Shown: one piece after another, positions 54,458 to 64,000 of the stretch
Numbering within the stretch: the first letter of the stretch is position 1
Layout: every line of letters begins with the position of its first letter
Source of the DNA: Trichoplax adhaerens
Lineage: Eukaryota > Animalia > Placozoa
Direction of reading: 5' to 3'
DNA length: 64,000 nt
Assembly (NCBI RefSeq): GCF_000150275.1
Contig: NW_002060945.1
Location: 1,116,630-1,180,629 of the forward strand
Position numbers and translations under genes: made by a program
Notes under the pieces: model-generated
The model's input: the letters and a program-made list of their open reading frames with translations, nothing else
Database searches by the model: none
What the model was told of the DNA's origin: nothing

Positions 54458-54750
54458 ACTATAGCCCTTACTAAATATAGCCCTTACTAAAATATAGCTA
54501 ACTATAGCTCTTACTAAAATATAGCTAACTATAGCCCTTACTAAAATATAACTAACTATAGCCCTTACTAAAATATAACTAACTATAGACCTTACTAAAA
54601 TATAGCTAACTATAGCCCTTACTAAAATATAGCTAACTATAGCCCTTACTAAAATATAGCTAAATATAGCCCTTACTTTCTTTGATCTCTTTAAAGTGTT
54701 GATATAGCTAAATATAGCCCTGACTTTCTTTGATCTCTTTAAAGTGGTGA
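54458..54750. repeat. 27-bp minisatellite (ACTATAGCCCTTACTAAAATATAGCTA, about 7-8 copies) followed by a 48-bp tandem duplication
   Basis: Unit starts at 54501, 54528, 54555, 54582, 54609, 54636 and 54663. ATATAGCTAAATATAGCCC(T/T)(T/G)ACTTTCTTTGATCTCTTTAAAGTG occurs twice at about 54654-54749. Confidence 0.95.
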
Positions 54751-57700
54751 ATTATAATCATGAAAGTAAAAAATTTCAAATTTTACAAGACTACACCTGG
54801 ATACTAACAATACTTGATCAATATGGAACTGTACTCGAGGTATACGGTTGGCTCTTGGCCCACTATACGCTCGTATAGGGCCACCGCATCAATCAAGAGG
54901 ATAATTAGGTATTCAAACAACCCTCTTATAGTATTACCGGTATTAATAATTACTGGCGATGACGCCATTATTCCTTATACGTGAATCGTTACGCGGCTTA
55001 AAATTAATTCAAGTCAACGGACATAAACATCAATGTAGAATCTGTACCCTACTGGCTACAGTCCCTACTATGCTATACATTATTTCATTCAATACAATCC
55101 CAGCCTAGATAAAGCTAGTTCTTAATAGTATATCCAGTACCGCACGTAGTCTATTTTCTAAACTCTTATCAAAATTATCGTAAATTATGAATGATTTAGA
55201 GTAATAATCACACATTGCGAGTAATTATTAAAATATTAATAGTCTTAGCTATTCATACGTGATTTCGCTGTCGGCACCTCACAATCGTATCAATCCTGCC
55301 TACATTAGCACCTGAATAAACTTTGCTCACCAAAAATGACGATCAAGATTAACAATATGCAAAGATACGTTGTTGACAGAGTAGTGCAATTAGTTAAGTT
55401 CGTAAACCACGCAATAATTGAAATTAATTACTTTATGACTCAGATGCGGTAAAACGTAACTTCGACTAGGCGAATATTTCTAGCAGTAAAAATGATGACT
55501 AATAGAGAATGCGTTTTGGCACACAAATAGTAAAATTCATCAATACCTTTATGGTATGCAGTAACAAATCTTTATGCATATACGAATATACTCATCTACG
55601 CTGACATAGCTAGGATACCTTTACGACATACGAGTACTGTATGATTTCACAAAGCACCAACGGTATTTTACTACATGATAAGAGCGTAATCTTCCACCAT
55701 TAGGCTATATACCAGGCGCAATATATTGTACATTGATTGTTAATTCTTATTACAATAAGGAGCATTAGGACATACTAAATTGAATTAGTTACAGTGCCTT
55801 TTCACAAGCTGGGGGATGAAATCATAGAAATATAATAATGATTATAAATATAGTCAAAAGATAAATAAAACGTTTGTTATCTATTAGGAATTAAAATACG
55901 CGAGTATCGCATTATCATTATCATGCTATGCGTATTTTACAATTGCAAGAAATATGCGATAGCATAACACTATCTATCCTAATTTGCTTTATAATTCCGG
56001 TAGAGATGTGTTTACAATTAATGTTAAACATTTCCTTAAGTTAGTCGTTGACGAAATGGAATTTTTTAAAGTGATGACATAAGACGATAATTAATGCATT
56101 TCTCTACGCCTACCTACTTTTTACTGTACTAATTAATTTGCCGTTATTACTACGGTTTATTTTGTCATAATATTCACGCACTTTGATGACGATAAGGGAG
56201 CTCATTATAATCAATATTATGTATTGATAATAACTGTGATTTTCACATACAACTATACTGTAAGGCATATTGGTAATCATTCTTTACGGTAACATTGTTT
56301 TATCTTATAAACAAATTTTATCTATACACTCAAATATAACAATTACAAAATTCAATTATTAGATACGTAATCAAGCAATCGCATGATTCCTTTAGTATTA
56401 TAATACTCAAGAAGTAATCATAACAATTATTTTCTTCATTTTCGCCTTTCAATTAGGCAAGTTTTCCTGCCATTTATTAGTCATCTTATCGGTGATCATT
56501 TATCAAAGGCTATACCACATTTTTTATTGCACTTTACTTCGTCAATACATCATCAATTTCTGAATAAAGCCCCAATAATACATACATATATGTAATAAGA
56601 CGGTACGGAATGATTCATATGGTACTCAATTGAATAGAATACCCGGTAAAATTATAACTCATTTCGAAATTTATGTGCATACATTCTACCATCTTAACGA
56701 CGCCTTAAAAGGAATTCTATTTTAGGGTAAATATCCGCTTGGTACGCATTAATGTTAGGAAGAATTATTGTTTAATGACAATGAGCCTTTGTTCTGTTGT
56801 GATTAATCCACGCGGATAAAATATAAGAGAAAGATATAAAAATTGTAATAACATAGAAGTTATGCGGCTCATAATAATGATATAATGATATTATTAGCAT
56901 TTAGGAAGTAACGCAATTTTCAATCGGAAAGAAATTAAAGAATATTAATATTGTTATTGTCACCTCCGTGCAATATACAGTATCTTTATTTCTTTCATAT
57001 GATAAAAATAGTTACGTAAACGAAAAAGAAGGTTGAATATTGCTATCTATTATGGAATTTACCGGAGGAAATGAGATTTTCTCAATAATAGGGAATAAAT
57101 AGCTTCCTCGATCATGCAATACTAATCAATTTTGCATGTCATCAAAAAGTTGTGATTTAATCCTTTGATAGCGAGTGTGTTAACTGTAATTAAAGACTTT
57201 GATTTCTACAAATCACTGCAGCAACTATGCAATGTAAGATTCCTCAATTTACTCTCAGGAATATCAAATATAACCGTCTATCGTGTTACACAAGCTACCT
57301 TCCACTTTTTATTAACTAAAGACAATATGTATGAAATGTTATTATCGCAGTAAATAGATATTCCCCAAGTACTATACAGGGTTAAGAATTGTAAGCCAGC
57401 ACTTTATTCTTTTGATTTTATTTTCAAATTAGTTGAAGAAATTTTGAATATGTTGCTATGTATTACAACATTATTATACCTCTTTTGATATATAATAGTT
57501 ATGCTATCGGAATTATTATTGTAATAAGACTATACAGTATTGCCTAAATGAATGAATTGAAATGCCTTTAGACGATAAATTGTCTAAGATATACATTACG
57601 CTAGCTTTTATTGACTCAAGAATGAAAGGATATACGATTTACTTCTGGGAAGGTAAAAATTGCTTGAGGCAATCCTTTTATAATCGTTTATCGTTTATTT

Positions 57701-58762
57701 TAAAAAATTCAACAACAGATTAGAACTGGCATCATGCTATGATTCACAATATAGAGTTCTGGCTAGCTATTATTAGTTTGACCTCCTGATGTCAATGTTA
57801 TTTTTGTAGCTTTCAGAACAGCATATCATAACAATAAAGTCCTGTAAATTTTCCACCAGAAAAAAATTTCAGTAGATAAACACTACATTACATTACCAAG
57901 TCATCTAAACTAGTAAAACATAGTTGTATTAATGTGAAGAATCATGCAGCCACCAAGCAGTGATTTTAAGGGCACTCAAAGGGATAAGCGGCATTTATTA
58001 TGATGATGTCTATTCGTATTGTTATTTTAGCGGCGACAATAAGCTTAATGGTATTGTTTTATTGCTACAGGTGATCAAATCAGTTTTGATAGTAAGAAGA
58101 TAATTTTGAAAGAGGTTAAAAAAGATGATTAAACCTAGAGTGGATATTTACTTAATCAAAGATGTTGGCCATATATTTAGATATAAGCGGATATATAATA
58201 CAAAGCGAAATCAGTTGATTAATTCCTATTGTTGATTTTCTGCCTCCTATGATTGTAGTATAGTGGATATAATTAGTCAACTCGAGTTAATAACGTAAAA
58301 TGGACAAAACCAAGATGAAAACTTTCCAACTGTGATCAAGAAAGTACAACGGCGATACACTGCTGCCGTGCTATTGATGAACATCAATCTATTAACGTTA
58401 AAACAAGCTACTAATTTATGACGTAACGGCATCATTTGGTTACTTATAATAACAATTTGTCATATGATCGTTAGCAATTTTCCCCGTATATATATTTTTT
58501 TAATTATAACCGATCTCTATGTATCTGTTGTGACTCATATCAAGATACTGCAGATTTTTATATACTTTACAGATAAAAAACGTTATTATTGAAAACACTA
58601 CCGTACTGTAATTATTAAATAATCGCAGGAGATGATGATTATTCCAGTGCGTACTTAAAGCGATGGTCACAAGCCGCTTGGTTATAACAAATTGATCATA
58701 TTTATAATTCATTACGGAAAATCATTTTTATGTATCGAAATAGAGACTAAGGCAGGTTAAGA

Positions 58763-59911
58763 ATGACATTGAGGAACAGAGAGAGTAAAATGGTTGAACC
58801 TTCACCCATTATTACTGGTGTAAGTACACTTCAGAATAATAAAAGTCAACTATATAATGGTTATGGCCAACACTACCCTAGCAACCGGCATTATAGTGAA
58901 TACGTCAAGGAAGTCAGGAAGTGGCAAGAAAGCTTTATCAAGCGTGAAAAGCAACAACTAAAAGAAAGTATAAAAAAAGTGCCATCCTGCTCAAATGATC
59001 GAATAGGTCAAGCTGATAATATTAATCAGTTTAATCGAACAGCAGCACTGAAGAGCAACTCGTATCCTTCGGTACTTTATAAAGGTAGGCTTCACAGTTT
59101 TATGCCTAGAAGCGATATTGACCGCTTGGATCCGCTCAGCCCACCTTCAACTTTAACTAATCAGAAAGAATTGCGACGTTCTATCATGGCTATGACGACA
59201 CAAGGTAACCCACAATCTAATAATAACATCTCGGTTAAAAGTAATCATTACGGATCTAAAGCAAATAATTTTATGGTCCCAGTCAACCAGAGAAATGTAT
59301 CTATACCCACTCTCCATTATAGTAGAGATAAAAGTAGTAAACGTCGATTATCACCTTTATTGATGATTACAAGAAGGCAGCGTCATCATAAAACTACTAC
59401 TTCTACTTCGATTAAAGATCGTAAAAAAGTTAGTGATATTGAAAGTCACATCGATATGACTGTTAAATCATCTGATAAAAATCTCGATCAAGATAGGCAG
59501 CAACCGGCCAATCCTTTAACTAATGGAGAACAGGATTGTGGAACAATCACACACGATGACGAGCTAGAGGTTAATAATGGCAATTCGGATAGAAATGATG
59601 GTGACGATTCTAAAAAGAAACAGTTAGTTCAACCTGAGGAATTATCAATGAAAGAGTTGAATCTTGACGATAATGTTGATTCCGACGTAAAAATCGTTAT
59701 TGATGAAGTAGAAGATAACACACAGAATGAAATTACAGAACAGAATGATGTCAGCAGTAGTGATAATCATTTAAAAATTAATTCTGTTTATCCTAAACTA
59801 AGGGCCGTTTTTGCCTTTACTAAATTTCTTAAATGTCAAGGCCAAATATCAAACCTGGTAAAAGAATTAAAGGATATCGTTCACGCAGTTGAGGAAAATA
59901 CACAAGAATAA
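58763..59911 (+). CDS. Uncharacterised 382-aa protein; mostly low-complexity/disordered, with a short N-terminal coiled coil and a C-terminal amphipathic helix
   Basis: A 1149-bp uninterrupted ORF in AT-rich DNA is unlikely by chance, and its composition is protein-like. A splice acceptor precedes it (TAG at about 58743), implying an upstream UTR exon. No family recognised. Confidence 0.75.
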   Translation: MTLRNRESKMVEPSPIITGVSTLQNNKSQLYNGYGQHYPSNRHYSEYVKEVRKWQESFIKREKQQLKESIKKVPSCSNDRIGQADNINQFNRTAALKSNSYPSVLYKGRLHSFMPRSDIDRLDPLSPPSTLTNQKELRRSIMAMTTQGNPQSNNNISVKSNHYGSKANNFMVPVNQRNVSIPTLHYSRDKSSKRRLSPLLMITRRQRHHKTTTSTSIKDRKKVSDIESHIDMTVKSSDKNLDQDRQQPANPLTNGEQDCGTITHDDELEVNNGNSDRNDGDDSKKKQLVQPEELSMKELNLDDNVDSDVKIVIDEVEDNTQNEITEQNDVSSSDNHLKINSVYPKLRAVFAFTKFLKCQGQISNLVKELKDIVHAVEENTQE

Positions 59912-62149
59912 AGTATTCGAATATGGATTGAGATTAGTACATTGAGATATCACATTGTTACAACTCACTTGATAGCATATGCAATATACGAGTACAGCCA
60001 TTCTCACAATTTTAATTATTCGGCGGTGTTGGAGCTGTTGTACATCGTACTATTACAGTGGTGTTATTGCCTTGATGCTTCTAAAAACGACTTATGCAGC
60101 TTTATTTTTTACTACTTAAACATATACAAGATTGTTCGTTACTAATATATTACGAATTTTGTGACATTAACTGATCAAGTATAAACAGTAAATAGCTTTT
60201 GAGCCCTGTAAGAGTGAGGAAAGGATTATTTGCCCTTGCCTTTGACTTACTAATAAATGTATCGTAAATTCTATACAATTTTGTATGAATGTCGTTAATT
60301 AATTAATTTAGTTAACTACGGTATAGTTCGTCGTCCAAAAAGTCAGCAATACGATCGAGAAGGTAAATTGTGATCAAATTATCAGCATTATATCGTGTAT
60401 ATGAAGATTTTGTTTGAGATTACGCATAATCCCATTTTCCATCAGTTTAATAATGAAATTTATTCCTTGCCATATTAAAATAGCCATGCTCATCTTATCT
60501 CGGTTATTCAAGAAGATTTTGGTGGTAATTTTATCATCAAATTATAACTTTGTCAAGTTTTAGCAATAGTCTATTAATGGATGTTGCTGCTCTTTGTATA
60601 CTTGTACAATACAAATAAATAAATATGCATTTATTACTTCAAAGTTCTAATCTTAATACTGGGTAGACGTATGATATTGAAAATATCTGCGGTACACACG
60701 ATTTCATTTTCTACCATGGTCTTCAATGTTTACGCACATATTACTTTCAATAGGAACCGCTAAAATGAAAACGTTTTCTCAATGGTCTCTCACCATCTCT
60801 GATTGTACTATAGTAGTTCCTGCTATACGTTCGCGCAATATGTATTATCGATAATTATCGATAAGCGCTATTGAAGCAATAGTAGCTTGATATACTATAC
60901 GAAATTGAGCATAGATAATCTTTTCTCGATCAAGTAGCTCTATCATACCACTTTTACCATAGACATGTTCTACTTGTTGAAAGTGTGAAAGGAATGAAAA
61001 GATTGCTGAACTGCATAAGAATGATAGACATGTATGCTGTTCATTCACGTTTAAGAGGGAGTAAAGTAAGATATTATTTTACTTGTCCAGTAGATGATTA
61101 GTTATACTTTATAGTGAATGAAACGATTCTTCTAGTCCAGTTTATGCGTATACTGTATTATAATTAACTCCTTGACGTAATTTGATTAATTTTAAGAGTA
61201 ATGTGAGACGCTACTCTAGAGTAATATTGCCATAATTGTTTTTTTAAAGTGCCAGACCACATTATCTTTTGTGCATGCCATCACCAACTTTTTTAGTATG
61301 CACTTGAGGACTAATGGCTATGACGGTATAACTGAATTAAATATTGAATGATGGGGGGTATTGTCGTTTAATTCGTCGACATTGTATGTTATTTTTTTTA
61401 TTCCATACGAATATCTTGACAACCAATACTTTGCTATTACCGTCTACATATGTATCAGCCTTCCCTCACGTTGGTAAAAATGGTAAATTATACAGTATAT
61501 TATGTTATGTGAAGTTTACAGTATGTATATATACAGTAGTAGTATTCGCAAAGAGAGAGTCAAGACATTTTGACAGGTAGGCGTACCATGCAACTTCGTA
61601 CTACGTATAGTTGCACGTTCACAGTGATTTGTAGATCTCTGATTGCAAGTAAGGAAGTCTGTATTCCGAATAGCCATTTAAAATCAGTACATACGTATAC
61701 TTACTAGACAGTAATATTACTACTTGTCTTTACCATAGAATCCCACCAACTGTCAAGATATCCAAAATAGTCGTCTGTTTTGTATTCTTTTTCATAGGAA
61801 TAATGCACCATGGCAGATTTATTCTATAGCCATGACGATAAAGCTGGAATCATGAAGTCTTAGTGTTACACTGTAGTGGATAGTCCATGATGACTATTAC
61901 ACCATGTATAATGTATTGTATACTAATTCGCTATTCAGTATGAAGTCTGCTGGTGAAACCTCTTCAAATGAGGGAAATATCGACGAGCGAAACATCATTT
62001 TTTTTATGATGATGCTGATTATCTTTCATACGAGTTTCAAGTGTTTTAATTTTTTAAACTATTTAAGCTGAATCCTTTTTACATATTTATCGTACTCTAC
62101 GATACGATACAGCCGAACATTTTAATAGCGATGCAGCGTCCAACGCTAA

Positions 62150-63400
62150 AAATAGAACTACAACACAGTAAAGTGCGCAGTAGTTCTCGCGAAACTCTGT
62201 GACCCGTATATCAATGTGAAAGGAGACCATTCTGTATACTTTACACTAGTGTACGCTATACAGTACGTTTGTATTTGAAACATTTTCCTAATCGAATTTC
62301 CGAGCAAGAAATCGGCATTTTTACGGAACACTCGCATAATCATGGTTTGCTGATGCTTTTTAATTAATATCACTTGCAAATCACGAACATCAAGTTCAAG
62401 CCATGAGAGTACTGTACACTGTGTACAGTACAGTAACTGCATAAGCATGATGATACACTGTACAATGTACTGTAGTGTACTGTACAATGTACTGTACTGT
62501 ATAAAAGAACAGTACAGTATGTACTGTATGAAAAGGATGACAGTCTTGATAGTGTACGAACAGTACTGTAAAGTTAATATGAATGAAATACTCTATGTTT
62601 GCAAGTGAATTTTATCACTATTTTTATTTCTATTCGTCCTAGAACGCTTTTTATAATTCAATACTAAGTGCGGGCATTCATTTCTACGAAAGCGAGTGAG
62701 TTTACTTGAAATTTCCAATCCTTAACGTCAAATTATAACTGAAGGATAGCACTACAGTTCATAAATGCTTCGCCGTTTCTTCATTAATTTGTGTACAGTA
62801 CAGTACATTACTTTGAAGTGCTACTGCTACGTGTACTGTACTGTACAGTACAGTGTACAGTGCAGTCTGGCATAATCTACAGTACTGTACTGTACTGTAC
62901 TGTACTGTACGACGTGTTGGCCAACTGCGGTACTTTGTAATGCTGTACAGTGTACTGTACAGTAGTGTAGAGTAGAATACAGAAGTCCTTCTGTAAGGTG
63001 GCAGAGATACTCGGCTACGCGTCAAAGACTTTCTGGTACACAACCATGATTTGTAGTACGCACTACGCAGACGCAATACTGTACAACTGGTGCACTGCTA
63101 GACACTGTATTGTGTACTGTCTAGTACAGTACATTGTACTGTATCAAGGGCATCTTAGGCAAATAGCAAATCCTGTACTGTACAGTATGTACAGTACAGT
63201 ACTGTAGGCATGGATTTACTGTACATTGTACTGTGGGCATGGATTTACTGTACATTGTACTGTAGTCGACTGTATGGTCCGCGCTGGTACAGACCAGACC
63301 GCTTGCGTCATACAGTACCATTCTCTCTCTGCAGTACAATACACAATCAAGGCAAATTGGTGCGTCTATCTAGTACTGTATGACTGTCGTTTGACTGCAT
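62150..63400. repeat. ACAGT/ACTGT pentamer island 3
   Basis: (GTACT)5 perfect run at 62882-62910; dense blocks at 62408-62570 and 62790-63380; 28-bp tandem duplication at 63207-63263. Confidence 0.9.
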
Positions 63401-63419
63401 TCAGCGCGCGTAGGTGCAC

Positions 63420-63555
63420 ATGAGCCGACCCAAAACGATATCATATGTCGCCTGACGTATTACTCATCACACTCCAGTGGGACAATAGCCGGGAGTCTGC
63501 GACGTCAACTAGGAAAGGTGGCGTCGTTGGTTAGTTTCATTGGGAAAGTTTGGTG
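63420..63555 (+). other. Putative first (probably non-coding) exon of a gene continuing past the window
   Basis: GC-rich segment right after island 3 with a YY1-like AAGGTGGCG, ending at a strong donor GTG|GTAAGT (63556). Candidate acceptors follow at about 63832 and 63863, with a donor AAG|GTATGA at about 63896. Confidence 0.35.
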
Positions 63556-64000
63556 GTAAGTTGAAATTGATCTTGTAAACTTATTCCATTGGTTTTTAAA
63601 CTATCTTACCTAGGTACTCTATACATCGTATAAATTCAATCGGATGAGTAATGAATGATCAATAGACTGTAGTTTGATCTATTTCAACTGGTAAAATGGG
63701 CCAATTTCTCCACTCATTCTTGGTACCATCTTTACTTGGTTGCATTGTTTGATTGTAATTTCAATGGTACTGTTCAACTCACTGTCAAGTCTTTTTCAAA
63801 GAAATACGCCAATTTCTTTCTTTTGCATGTAGATATAGTCTTCTTGCCATCATTTCCTTCTAGCAAGGCAATGAGTCGGTATTAGCTCTTCAAAGGTATG
63901 ACTCTTTCGATATGGACTGAGAAAGAGGCTAAATTGATCCATTTCAGCCGTTAAAAACAAACATATAAAGACGAGTAGTTTCCTTATTCTTGCTCATGGT

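Noticed and set aside
54458-54680. CCCTTA in the minisatellite as telomeric repeat
   Set aside because: It differs from CCCTAA and occurs once per 27-bp unit rather than as tandem hexamers.
62158-63423. Overlapping 65-109 aa ORFs on both strands in island 3
   Set aside because: Same repeat-translation artefact (YSTVQYSTV, TVLYCTV).
63680-63942. Minus-strand reading frame interrupted by TGA codons (possible recoding, NUMT or pseudogene)
   Set aside because: After two TGAs the frame ends at TAG, and the peptide resembles nothing I recognise; the region is better explained as + strand intron/UTR.
1-64000. tRNA, rRNA, snRNA genes and U12-type or non-canonical introns
   Set aside because: No A/B-box cloverleaf or snRNA signature recognised by eye, and the introns I traced were GT-AG without the U12 donor consensus. 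tRNAscan-SE/Infernal would be needed to exclude them formally.

Overview
AT-rich (roughly one-third GC), intron-dense animal genomic DNA with mostly 70-150 bp GT-AG introns. The compact architecture, gene content and ACAGT pentamer repeats suggest a placozoan such as Trichoplax (inference, not verified). I reconstructed five spliced genes by hand: a GPI-anchored alkaline phosphatase (+, 2268-8485), Arp3 (-, 13704-10078), RME-8/DNAJC13 (+, 17539-30926, about 58 exons, with one apparent 1-bp frameshift), a supervillin-like villin/gelsolin protein (+, about 38244-49854) and NC2-beta/DR1 (-, 53986-51186). There is also an orphan 382-aa ORF (+, 58763-59911) and possibly the 5' end of another + strand gene at the right edge. 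Two observations stand out. First, three islands of palindromic ACAGT/ACTGT pentamer repeats lie at gene 5' ends (two at identified housekeeping genes, one beside a putative first exon); the largest is bracketed by YY1-like motifs, and they may act as a CpG-island-like promoter mark. Second, the supervillin N-terminus carries an array of about 11-12 compact WH2/LKKT-like motifs that is still expanding by internal duplication. Also present are 27-bp, ~130-bp and ~300-bp tandem repeats. I recognised no tRNA, rRNA, CRISPR array or intact transposase.
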